From: Tubiluchus corallicola
Lineage: Eukaryota > Animalia > Priapulida
DNA: 64,000 nt
Direction: 5' to 3'
Assembly: GCA_030141605.1 (NCBI GenBank)
Contig: JAQGDQ010000032.1
Span: forward strand, 600,065 to 664,064
This document shows positions 1-12,800 of this stretch, one piece after another (the stretch's first letter is position 1; the number at the start of each line of letters is the position of its first letter). The notes beneath the pieces are model-generated. The model made no database searches, was not told the origin of the DNA, and worked only from the letters and a program-made list of their open reading frames with translations. Position numbers and translations under genes: made by a program.

Positions 1-1120
1 ATTGATGAAAAAGAGTACAGTTACTGAGTTAGTCTAATAAATGGGGTAGGAAGGAACAACCGAACATCAAATGCTTGTTGCTTCAAATCACTTGTAAATT
101 AAATTGCTAAGGTAAACCATGCCTATGCTGCTGCTATTCTAGTCCAAGGCTGTCTGTGCTTTCCAACCTAGAATGTGCAGTGTGCGGGGAAACTCTTGCT
201 TAAATTGGTTCATCGGTTTCACATATATGTGCCAGACTTCACATATTATATGAATAAAACAAATGAGAATATGCCAAAGCAGTGGTTTGTAATAAGCAGT
301 GGCTATGGATGGATCAATGTTAGACTTAACAGAATAATAGAAAACAAAAGTTGAAGCATGTTCCAGGTAATTATAATTCAGTGTTTCCCATAGGTCAGAT
401 TACTGTAACTCATATCTATTTAGTCCAGCCACGGTAGTGTTAATTATAGCATCTAGGTGCTAGATTCTACAGGTAAAACTGCATGTAAATTCCAAATAAT
501 TTTAATTAATTGTGATGGGTAATGAATATATTTTTTGACCCAGGCATCATTTATATCTCCCCTCCTACACAGTAATACTTTTAATTATACTGTGTGAACA
601 GAATTGTTTTGTTTAGCAAGCATCATGTAAAGCATCACATTTAGCAACTTAATAAACGTGAAAGCCCTGTATTTAATCTAAAACTAAATGACTAATTTGA
701 GTGCTGTTACTTTTTGCTCAGAGCTATAGAACTCACTGATACTAAGTTAATGACTATCTCTATTGCCATATGCACACGCATACTTATCTGTAGATCTTTC
801 TCCTTAACAACCTAAATCCAGCACAACTCTAAAACTGTAAAGACAAATTAAATCAATTTCAGTGATTTCAAGTTGTTAGATTACTTAGATGCAATGAAAG
901 ACTTTACGTGATTAACACTTTCTTCAATGGAGGTAAAAACGACCAGTTACTGTTTGTCAAATCGCATTCATTTATTCATGAGCTATTTACAGGGGTAAAT
1001 TCTGGACATTTTCAGATTAATGAAAAACCCACCCAGACTATAATTTATAATTTTTAGCGTGTAAAGAGGACTTGTCTGGAGAAAACCAGATGTATGGAAA
1101 GCCTATATTTGTTAAGCCTT

Positions 1121-1127
<7 letters not shown>

Positions 1128-1170
<43 letters not shown>
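1128..1170. repeat. (TA)n microsatellite
   Basis: Uninterrupted TA run of ~21 units. Confidence 0.95.
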
Positions 1171-1177
<7 letters not shown>

Positions 1178-1825
1178 GAAAATTCATTGTTGTTTGTATT
1201 GATTCAAAATAAATCGATGTTTGTATTGACGTGCAAATTCTCTGTTGCCCATAAAATTGGTTTCAGTTAGAGGGAAAGCTCTCAAAAACGAGTTGAATAG
1301 TGTACCTGAAATGAAATGATTAGACCTAGTGAAATTGAAATAGATAGCAGGTACTTCCTTAAAATTGTATTAAATGTGGATATTACCACCAATTTTGCTA
1401 ATTTTTAAATTTCTGCACAGGCTCGTGTCTATCAAAAAGTGTGAATATAAAAGACAGGCCTATTCATTTTTTGAAGTGTAGTAAAGGTTTCTGTAGTGGC
1501 AATGCATTATACTTGTTTCTATTACATTACCAAAGGTTATGTAGCTACTTTAATGAAGTTAAACATGCTTATAGACATTGGCCGATATCAGCCTTTAAAA
1601 ATAATAACACAATCTTGATTTAGTATTTTATCTGATAGAAAAATTGGAGATGTTTACGATCTTGTGATAGGTGTATTATCAGATATAATTTTGAGATAAT
1701 CCAACAAGCACATTATGTCCTATACTCTAGCTCATAAAAAACTTAATCACCAAACACAGCTAATGACATTTAAAAAGCAAAACTTGGACTGCTGAGCAGT
1801 GAAATTGGTTTCAAATTCGTTCTAT

Positions 1826-1877
1826 GAAAAGTGAAAATTCATTTAAAAGCAGAAAAGTGAAAATTCATTTAAAAGCA
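1826..1877. repeat. 26-bp perfect tandem duplication
   Basis: gaaaagtgaaaattcatttaaaagca occurs at 1826-1851 and 1852-1877. Confidence 0.9.
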
Positions 1878-2611
1878 TTTGATTGTGTCTTTTGAAAAAG
1901 AGTTTATTTTGTTTATGTGTCGTGTGTGTGTGTATATCATCTGTAGCACATAGTGGCATATATGCTTCTACCAGCAAGAATAATGCATTGACTTTGTTCA
2001 CTACTGGCCACTTTTTAAAACTTGTTTTTCAGTTCTTAAATATCTGGCTCTAAAGAAGACATTACTTCACTCTTTTCATAGAAATAGTCATATGCAAGAT
2101 GTTAGCTACTGAGCATGAATAAGTATAAACAGTTTTTGAAGATTATAGGTAGTGTAAACTGTGTCAAAACTGTATTTATAATTCTAAAATGCATAAGTTG
2201 CCACTTATATTTACAAAGTATTACAAAATCACCCAATTTAATGCACAAAAATGGATAACTAAGCTGCATTGTTTAGATAGATAGCACCGTGACTTTGCAA
2301 TTTAACTGCTGTCTTGGATACAGAAAAACACCAAAACATATATCAAATTTTATGAACTTGGTTTTATTTTTATTTTCTAGGCTGATATCGGCTTGTGTGT
2401 ACAGTATATAGCTGCAGTACAGTTTATTGACGATAAACGTCAGACAAGAACTCTAAACAAATGTTTATTGACATTTAAACAATTGAATAAAAGTTTGCGA
2501 TTTACAATGTAATTAATGGACAAATTTATAAAGAAAGCATCTTCCAAGAGAGTTGAATATCGAGTATGTGTTTTAAACCTGTATCTAAAGTCTGCATGGT
2601 TCAAGTAGACA

Positions 2612-3649
2612 ATGGTTGTGACACGAAATTGGATTTATATGTGTGCGGTGTTACTATTTCTTCGAGTGCAGTTTTTTGAATGCTTGGAACCTATTTCTAC
2701 AACTGTTGCAGCAGTTGGAATTGTGACTAGCGCATTGGCTGGCTATGAAATGTACGTGAAATGTCGATTTATGGAATGTTGCGACAGAAACTGGATACGG
2801 CCGAACATCACCGGATTACGAGCTGCTCTTGAGTATAGAGTACACGGCCAGCACTTAGTTATAGACGGTGTTGTGAAAGCTATAGCTGCACACATTAGGC
2901 AGAAGGCGCAGCCCAGTAAGGCCCTAGTTCTTTCATTTCATGGCTGGACTGGTTGTGGTAAGAATTTTGTAAGCAACATCATTGCTGAACACCTTTACGT
3001 ACAAGGCATGAAAAGCAAATATGTGCATCTATTCATTGCTGAACTTCACTTTCCGCACAGAGAGAAGATAGAAACATACAAAAGTCAGTTACGCCGATGG
3101 ATAACGGGTAATGTTACCGCATGTAAAACTAACTTATTTGTATTTGATGAAATGGACAAAATGCATCCTGGAATCATTGATGCAATAAAGCCGTTCATTG
3201 ACAACTACCCTGAAATTGACGGTGTGGACTTCAGGAAGTCTATATTTATATTTCTTAGCAACACTGCTGGCAATGCTATCACTATGAAGTCTCTACAGTA
3301 CTGGGAGGCCGGCAAGGATCGGGAGGATATTCAAATGCGCGAGATGGAAGAGGAGATTCACTTGAGTGCATTTAACGAACAAGGTGGTCTGTGGCACAGC
3401 AGCTTGCTAGAAAAAAATATGATTGATGTTTACATTCCGTTTCTTCCAATGGAACGTAAGCATGTGAAAATGTGTGTGCGTGATGATCTCCGTAGTAAAG
3501 GTTATTTTCCTACCGAAAATATCCTCAATACGGTTGCTAGTGAATTACAGTACTTTCCAGAAGAACGAAAGCTTTATGCCAAATCCGGTTGTAAACGAGT
3601 GCCGCAAAAAGTCGATGTGATTATGGAAGAAATTCTAGATGATGTGTGA
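2612..3649 (+). CDS. TOR1: Torsin-1-like ER/nuclear-envelope AAA+ ATPase, 345 aa, single coding exon
   Basis: Signal peptide followed by a hydrophobic segment and CRFMECC; VHGQHLV; torsin-type Walker A GWTGCGKN; Walker B LFVFDEMDKM; FIFLSN; PFLPME; C-terminal GCKRV. A splice acceptor (tattttctag) ends at 2380 in the 5' UTR. Confidence 0.96.
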   Translation: MVVTRNWIYMCAVLLFLRVQFFECLEPISTTVAAVGIVTSALAGYEMYVKCRFMECCDRNWIRPNITGLRAALEYRVHGQHLVIDGVVKAIAAHIRQKAQPSKALVLSFHGWTGCGKNFVSNIIAEHLYVQGMKSKYVHLFIAELHFPHREKIETYKSQLRRWITGNVTACKTNLFVFDEMDKMHPGIIDAIKPFIDNYPEIDGVDFRKSIFIFLSNTAGNAITMKSLQYWEAGKDREDIQMREMEEEIHLSAFNEQGGLWHSSLLEKNMIDVYIPFLPMERKHVKMCVRDDLRSKGYFPTENILNTVASELQYFPEERKLYAKSGCKRVPQKVDVIMEEILDDV

Positions 3650-6600
3650 TAGTGGCCCAGACTAGCTGCCTAACTGTGTTATACAATGTAACATTATTGT
3701 GATTCTCCTTGTTTGAATTAAATAATTATTAAAGGATTTATATAGTGTCATGTCACTTTTGCAACTTCGTGATGGATAGAATTAGTAATAGTTTTAAGTA
3801 ATGTAATGGTTGTTTCGTTTTGCAGCATATATTGGCCGTACCAAACAGCCAGACATGTACAATTTGTATGAGCAGGCAAAAATACATTTAATGAAATTCC
3901 AGGAAGTCCTAGCTCACACTTTAAGCTTAATATCAATATTTATTTTTGCTCTCTCTGTGGATTTTTTTTGCATCAGAATTAGTGACGAGATGTGCTTATG
4001 TTACAGTGCAACATCAAAAAGGGACAACTCTGTACACAGATATGCAATGTTAACAATATAGGATTAACAGACAATTAGGTGTTAGTGTTATTTTATCAAC
4101 ATAAGAAAGACATAGTTCTAATGGTGTCTCACGTTTCTATTTAAGTTTCAGACTTGGCTCTTGCCATTTTTTTCCTTATTGAAATTAACACTAAATATTC
4201 AACAATATGTGAAAAGTGCAGTTCAGCATATCTTAAGTTGCTAACTTGCATGAAATTGCTACCTATAAATGCTGCTTAGTTTTCATTATAAATTTTGTAT
4301 AGAGAAATTTTAGAAACAAGTTTAGGATAAGCTTTATAAAATAATGAAAAAAGTCACCAATAAATGGAGATACATGGCCCATATTATTGTTAATATTACA
4401 TACTTTAAAATTTCGATCATGGTGGTAGCAGCCAATCAGTTGAGAACATGATGTGACTGGTGGACTTTTTTACTTTTAGTAAGCATGTCATGGCTTTCCG
4501 TTAATGCTCGTTGCTTAAACTAATTCAAACTTCTGCAGCTTACCTAATGTTCATGCAAAAATATCACCAATTTAGCTATCGAATTTTGTGTAAAAATTTG
4601 TAGTTTTGACTGAAATTGACATTGCGCTGCTTTTATTCAGTCATTGAACAATGTCACTAGTAGAAGAATGGGCGATCAAACTGGAAGCACCCAAACGTGA
4701 AACGATCGCTACTTTAAAGCGATTTTACTAATTACGCAAGGCACATATCACACTTTTGTTATTAAATCCTAACACGTTTGATGAACATTGAAATGTCTAA
4801 TTTCTGAGAAAGCTCGGCTTTTTCTTATCTATTGTTAGAAAGCTATAGTACTGAAATTCAGTTGTCTAAGACATTAGAATTTGTCGCACAATGATTATTT
4901 GACTTTAAGTGTTATACTTTATCTCGTTTTCACAAATTTATTGTGCAGCTCTACATATATCCTGCTGTTAACCTGATATCACCTACCTGTAGGCTGTTGT
5001 TACTACTGGGTGCTAGCAGGAAAATAGGTCATACTGACTTACTCTAATTTATTTTTGTTTCTTTTTTCTCGGTATTAATAGTAATTTATTTCCTTAGCTT
5101 TAGCCATGAAGGCTGCGTATCTGTTGTAATCTGTAAACAGAATCTGTATTTTTTTTATTTTAGAGCCCAGTGTTTACGTGGCTTTAACATTACTCAGGAT
5201 CCATCTATAGGAACCCGATTTGGTTTCCAAAGCTAATGCTTGCCCAGAAAGGTGTCAGTCACAGTTTTAGAATGCTTGAAAACATTATTCACCAAAAAAT
5301 CTTTCCCACCTTGACCTTTAAACTTATAACCCAAAATTCAAGGTCATTAACAAGTACTAACCTTGAATCTTAAACCCCCAAAATGTCTGTTGGACAAGTC
5401 TTGGGTTTCTAAAAACAGTTCAACTCTCAATTTAAGTTTAAACATGTTATGTTAGTGCCTTTGTTTGATATTTTTAAATTTTATTTTTATAAAAGAATGT
5501 TTTATTGCAAGTCTAACTGAGAGACAAAGTCAACTAAATAGTTGAGAAAACAAAATGATAACACATAATTGTAAAATAAAATACTCTTTTATCAGTGCTC
5601 AGTGCCTATATGAACATGAATATAAAATAATTGTATTAAGGGTCTAGAGGCAGATGATTCTACAACAAAAGTTACATTGTGATTTTGACTTAATTGTGGT
5701 GTGATGGGAGATGTGGGTTGCAAAGGTGCTTGGTTGAAATCTGAGCTCACCCCAAACTTTTAGGCTTCACGAATTCAGTAATTGTGAGTTAGGATTTACC
5801 CTGTCTCGAGTCACAAGTATTTAGTTAACCTGTGTCTCGATCAACATTGGAGACATTTTGTAAGATTTGGTAATTGAGAGTATTAAGAGTATTCAATTTG
5901 ATTTTGTTGGTACGTTGATTCCTTTCAAGTAAATAACAAAAAAAGTTCCCTTACTATAGTTTTTGAGTGACAGTTCCTAGTCATTATGATAGAACCTTGA
6001 TTTTGCCAAATAACTTCTTTGATGTTCCTAAACTTTGTGTGCAATACATGTTTATTAAGAACACTTTGACAATGATGAGACATTTAGAAAAAAACACGAT
6101 ATATAAAATAAAAAAAATCACGCAATTTTCTTACCTCTACTGTAAAATCTGCAAGGTGAGGATTTACTATTGATTGTCTCCTGAAGATTTGTGGTGTTGT
6201 TGTATATCGTGTCTTTTCACAATGAAACTTGTGCTAATGTAACAATTAATTCACTAATCAGTATTAGCTGAAGACTTGTGTGAATGTGATGACTGCATAA
6301 ATCACTGCCCACCAGCAAGCACAGCATCACCAATAATCAACTGATGTAATAATCAGTGTCTGTAACCTGGTGACAGTGATGGGGCTCGTCAAAGTTTAAT
6401 GAGGCAGTGTGAGCAAAAACTCGACTTAATTACCGTAGAGAGGACATTTGCTTGATTAGATTGTTGGGTAGGTGATTTAGAGGTGTTGTAACTTCTTATA
6501 GAGTTTGCTTCCAAATGGTTTATAATTGTAAGAGAAAAATTTGGACAAACGTGTTTTGGGAGAAATGTAAAATGAGTCCATCAGTTATTTTTTCTAAGAT

Positions 6601-6854
6601 CATTGGCATTTAATTGCGTATTGTCTGAGTATTGGCTTGTCCTCTGAATATTAGTGAAAATTTCCATACAGCAGTGTTCTTAATAATAATGTCTTTCATT
6701 ATGTTCCTGGAAGAGAAGTGGAAATAACTGACCTTCAATTAAGTCCTTTTACTTTTAGGTGAAACACCATTAAGGATATCTTCTGCTGAACTTTTTTTGG
6801 TGTTGCATTATAACAGTGCCAAAGTGAGTGTCAACTTTCGGTTTTCATGTTAGA

Positions 6855-9800
6855 ATGAGCATGAATATCCCCGAGATTCCCAGTCTACGTCAGGTATGTA
6901 CTTAGGAAAGCATTAAGTGGGATAATTTAAGATAAAAGATAATGCATTTCGTCCTAGGTTATATAAACATGGTGCTTCAAACAGTGCTACTAAAAATGAG
7001 TAACTACTTAGCATAGTTCAAGGCAGTGTATAATATTATAATTACTATTATTATACTTGTTATTACCTGTGCTTAAATACACTTTTACTCATAAATATAC
7101 CACATTTCAATTTTACTCAAGTACTCTGCTGTTGCAAATGTCACATTACAACAAAGTCACTAGGTTGCTGAAATTTTAATTTGCTTATTACGTTTGTCCA
7201 GATGCTTGATGAATGTTTAATGATATTGCATATGACTAGTTTGTTAGCGGGAAGCTGGTGAACGCGCTCTCCGTGGAAACGACACCTTGACAATTACGGC
7301 GTAAATCATTAATGACTCAGATTACATCTCTTTTCATCACATCGTTAGCCGCCTTGAATAATTGAGTTCTGAAAGTTTCCAGAAGAACCCTCAATAATTC
7401 ATTGTTATGTCATTATTCGACAGAATACTTGAATCGGATTGATATTTTTGGGTTAAATTAAGAACATGTTTTAGTTAACATACTCTCCTGTATATTAGCT
7501 GAAGTATTGATTGAATTTTTTTTTCAAGTTACAGATGTTGTACCTTTTTTTTCAAAATTTACTTTATTGTTTGACTTTGCTTTACTTTTCTTGAAGTTAT
7601 TGCTGTGCTATATTATATTTTTACTTTCTGATGTGTACTTGAATTTAGTATCAAATTAAGATTGCCAACTGAAGCACATTCTTCATCCAGACTAACTGTT
7701 TAAGTTATCCGGCTAGGTACACTGCTGGCACAGTTCTTGGTGAATTTGGCATAGTTCTTAATCCAGTCTGGGTCCTTGCAGCTGTTGTGAACAATATTAT
7801 GTTTTTGCTGTCTAAACTAATAATTAAAAATAAATAAGCAGAATTTTAAGAATAACATAAACGTATTTTGTGGCTTAAATACAAAAGATTTAGTGTTGTC
7901 AGTTTTTGTTTGCATCCAGTTCTTTTGTTGTTACCAAATAAGCATAATTTTTAGTTTATTTAGAAATAATTGGGTAAAAACTGATTACAAAAGACAAGAT
8001 TCTAATAAAAGTAATGAAATCTTTGAATGAGTTTTCAAGCTACTAAGTAGCATGTGGTAGCACCAACTACACACTGACAAATAGTGATTGTACGGTTTTA
8101 AGGTTTGCATTTGACTGGCTTTGTGGCATATGTGACAAAGAACTAATAATGCTTATGACATCTGCTGAGACATTTTGAGGTTAATTAATTATGCATTATT
8201 ATTCCTGTTTTGTCAGCATGATGTGATAAATTATTACTGTTCAGATTATCAGTGCCTACTTGACTAGTAGCACCGCTTTCTAGTTCCCAAATTCCTACAT
8301 AACTGAGTGAAAGTTTAAAGATTTGTTTTTTAGATTTTGAATTGTAACTAAATTTTGCAAATTTAAAAGAATGATAATAAAAATAACAACAATAATAATA
8401 ATAGTAATAATAATAATAATAATAATAATTTATGATTAATATTTATTGTTATTATTATTATTATTATTATTACTACTACTAGTTTAAGTATTAGTATTAA
8501 CTATAATATCATTTATTTACTTAAATAGTGTTGCAAACTAACATTTATTGTTGCATTATGTGACTTCATAGTTTTCATTAGATGTCATTTCTACTCATTA
8601 TATCTTGCATTGCGTTAATTGTGAATTGTGTGCAGAATATGGTATTATTACCTAATGTTAATAGTCAGAGTAGAGTAGTTCTTTGGTTTCGAACACATTG
8701 CCCCGTTATTATACTTGGTACACACCTGATCAGAAGTTATATCACTTAAATGTTTTTGAGTGAATTATACTGGTTATACTCTTCAGGGTTTTTTGCCAGC
8801 ACTGTTTTTGCGTGGATTTCCTTAGCAAATATTATCTTGTGTGACCGTAAATTCATCCAATTTTCATGCTGAGCTAACTCAATTTTGTATGAGGTTAATT
8901 TCCATCTTGTGCCATCAGTGATTAAACTCATGCAGTTTAATTTGCAATTACATGTATGTAGCAATTAGCAGTTTTCAACTATTTTTATGGTAGATAGTTA
9001 TAAGATTTTAATTACTTTTGGTATATGAATATGCTGTATTGTGCATTTAGGAAGGCGTGGAGCGTGATTTGGAAGAAATCATCGCTCTCATAGACGAAAG
9101 AGACAGGAAGATTTTTCAGATTCTTGCAGAAAAAGATGCGCAAATCAAAACATTTGAAGCCATTGTGAAGTCAGTTTCTACAAAGTCAGTTTCTGCCTTT
9201 GCTTTTAAATGTTATTTACTTCCCAAATTCCCTTTTTTTATTAAATTTATTGCTATTTATGCTGTTCAAGTTTGAAAAGATATGGGCATAATGCATTTTT
9301 CACTTGTGTTCTTACATGGAAAGGCGTGCATAACCATGTATAGAAAAACTAAATAGGTCTGAACATTGGAAAATGCCTCAATACTAAGCATCACTGCTTC
9401 GTGTATTGTAGTGTGACATAATCTAGACTCAAACTGAGTACAGAGTAGATATGTGTATTCTATCAGATTGTTATTTGCTGAGCTGAGTTAGCACGTGTGT
9501 GATTGTAGATGTTCCTTTGTGTGTTTTATCTTCAGTCAGTACATTGTTAACTAATTCTTTCGTTTTTACTTTCACCTAGTTTTACCTGCATTTTATTTTT
9601 AATAACACCTTTTAGGCAGCCTGCTAAAGATGATGTTGATGAGTCCAAATTCAAAACCGACGGTGAAAATCAAGCAGATTTATTGAAGTCACTGGAATCT
9701 CGAGACAAACTGCTGGAAGAAATCAAACGTGCTCATGGCGAAGCAGTTGACAAGTTACAACATGAAATTAAAAGTGAGTATTTTGAGAATTTGTGAATAG

Positions 9801-12800
9801 TGGTGCGCAGAAAAAATGAAATGGAAAAAATGGCACGAGGAAAAATGGCATATGTAAAAATACCATAGGAAAAAATGGTATGTATGTTATTTTGATGCTA
9901 GTGGTTTCTATAATAAAACTAGAATTTACTCAGCAGGAAGCAGATCTCTGCCAAAGCCAAACAATCCTAATGTTATTCACAGCCTCATTCTTTTCGTTCA
10001 AAAAATTTAACACAAAGGAAAATAAGCAAACGTACAAAAATGTACATGTATTGGTATTACATAGGCTAGCAAAAGACTCACAAAATATTTCTTCCTTAAA
10101 TGAATTTATAATCAATAATGCCCAAATGTTCCACATAGTGTTTAGCTACCTTTTCACCATTAATTTAGGTGATGGTAATAGACTGACAAATATATACGCA
10201 CCAAGTCATCTTATAGAGCTATACGCATTAATAAGCAAAGGTTATAGACAGTGTTAGAACAGTTTAACAAACAAAATTTTCTCAAAATAGAACCTGGAAC
10301 TAACTGGTAGTCTTTGTGGAGATAATAAAAAAGAACCACTAAACATTCTGTCTAAGACCTCCATGAAGTGCATCATGAACTTTTTTTGTACTTGGTGTTC
10401 AGTCAAGTTTTCCAAAAAAAGAACTGGCAAAAAGATTTTTGTTTATACCCACCTTTTCTTGGAAATCTGTTATCTAGTTTTTCCATAATAGGCTTACTGC
10501 CATAACAGACAAAAAACAACCAATCAACTAAACAAACAAGCAAACAGAGGTAAAAATAACTAAAATAATTACATCCCACTGTAATCCTAATCCTAAACAC
10601 ATACATTACTAAGTGTGCCATTTTTACCTGCTTTTCCATTTGTGCTATTTTTTTGTGCCATTTTTACCTACTTTCCCATTTGTGTCATTTTTGCTGTGCT
10701 GTTTTTTTCCAGTGCCATTTTACCTATTTTTCCATTTGTGTCATTTTTCCCTGTGCCATTTTTACCTACATTTGTGAATGGCACCATGTTCATCAAAGAA
10801 ACTTATTATTCTGCCTGGAAAATTAATAATTTTTACAAATTATGCCTAATGATTGGCCTGTATGATAGTAGCAGATGAGAACAATACTGGATTTATTTCA
10901 TTTGTTTTGTCATTCGTTTAGACCTATATAAGTAATTATTTGTGGTTTTTAATACCATCAGTAAGAACTGATAACTTTGTGTGTTGGCAATTGCCAAGTT
11001 ATTAGTTGTACTTCATTTTTAGAATTAGAAATCCAGCTGCAATTTGCTAAGGAGGAAAATAAATCTTTAAAAGATTCGAAGAATGGAGCTATGATAGAGT
11101 TAAAGGCTAAATTGAAACGTCTTGAAGATGAAAATAAAACTTTGCAGAACCGCGTGAGCAAAAGTAACAACAAGAAATTGGTATGTTAAATAGAGAACTT
11201 TAATATTTTCAAAGACTTATGTGATGGACCACATCACATAACATCACATTTTTTCTTGCTAATTCAGATTGTGTATCAGTAGAATAAAGCATTGAAGTGT
11301 TAATTGATCTTTCAGTAAGCTTTGTATTCAGAAACAGGTACACACAAACCACAAGGAAAACTCCGCATTTCAAAAGTCTTAGTATCTGTCTCACAACGTT
11401 ACCAAAGTTAAGTGCGCTTCTTACTCGTATTGCATAAGTTACTAATTACTATCACCCGCGAGGAACGCCATCATTACAACTTATTGCAAATAAATCATGG
11501 AGCAAGAGGCTCCAAAGTGAATAATCAAAGAAATATAAACATAATTTGTTTATATAATATGTGCATATGGTAGTATCGATTAGAATACTGTTATAGAATT
11601 GACCAAGATGGCAAATGTATCTGGCAAGATTTCCTTAAGACTGCTTAAAGTAAAAGCCAAGTCTCTCGGGAAGTTGATCTTATTTTAATATATGAGAAAA
11701 ATGTTAGAAAGTTTCACAATAAAATTGTGATCAGTGCCTCGTATAATTAGTGAAGTTAATTTAAAGTCGCGTTCACTTCGCACTTGAGTGCACTCATTTT
11801 GAACTAAAAATTGTCATCCAGTTACCATGAAGTTAACACTCACTCATTCCACCAGGACTTGAGCAATCCTATTTGCAGCTGCAGTTCAATTATCAACTAT
11901 TAACAAACAACGATGTTAAACTAAAGACTATTTTTTGGCTTTTTGATGAATCTCATTACTTACCGTGTAATAAAACGTAGTTATAATAACATGTAATTAA
12001 CACCAACAAAGTAATAAAATAATTATTTTAAGAAGCTAAAACTGAAATGTATAAACTAAGTAACTCGTCCGGCACCTGCTATGTAAATGCTCACAGAATT
12101 GCATGTTTATGTGAAAGTCAACAAAAATGTGTAAATTATTAATATATACACTGTACATTACTTGCAATTTTAAGGTGTATTCCTGTGAATTAAAGCTATG
12201 TAACAACATTAAAGTTCTTCCTAATTGAATCCAGTGAACTAATTTTTACATAAACTCAGTTAAAAAGTACGCTAGAATCATGGCACTTCTGAGTGAAAGT
12301 TTTGTAGAAAATTTGCAATGCATACCTTTCCGGCATTTATGGTGCCCACCTGGTTACGTCATTTTTTTCAAATACTGTATGCCCGTAGCGAGGTTTGTTT
12401 GGCAGGAGATAAGAAATATTTAAATTTCTTTTGCAATTTTGAGCAAGGCATTTTGTGTGCATATATTGTGCAAATTTCAATATTTTAATTGTATATGAAA
12501 ATTCAGTAAATGTTGTTCAATGGTTGGTTCTTCCTTTAAGGTTATGACAGAAGAAAAATATGATGTGAGTAGTATAGAATATAAGTGATAATACAGTAAT
12601 TTGGCTCCATAGGTAGATTGTGCTTTATTGTATGTCATTATTTATAATGTAACTTAATTTGTTGCAAAAGGTTGCTAACTGGCAAACACAGTCCATGGGA
12701 TACTTGTTATAAAACTGCTTCTGTACCATTTGTTTTCTACTTATTTACAGGCATCAGATAAACTCTGTGAGAATTGTGCTGAAATGGCACGCAAAATGGC

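Noticed and set aside
9810-10770. Short repeat arrays as a possible CRISPR array
   Set aside because: Degenerate, inverted, no unique spacers, no cas genes, and eukaryotic intronic context.
10615-10878. Hydrophobic F/P-rich ORF resembling a membrane peptide
   Set aside because: It is a translation of the TGCCATTTTT transposon repeats.
12190-12540. Possible ttaaag...ctttaa MITE
   Set aside because: The inverted match is too short and degenerate to support a call.
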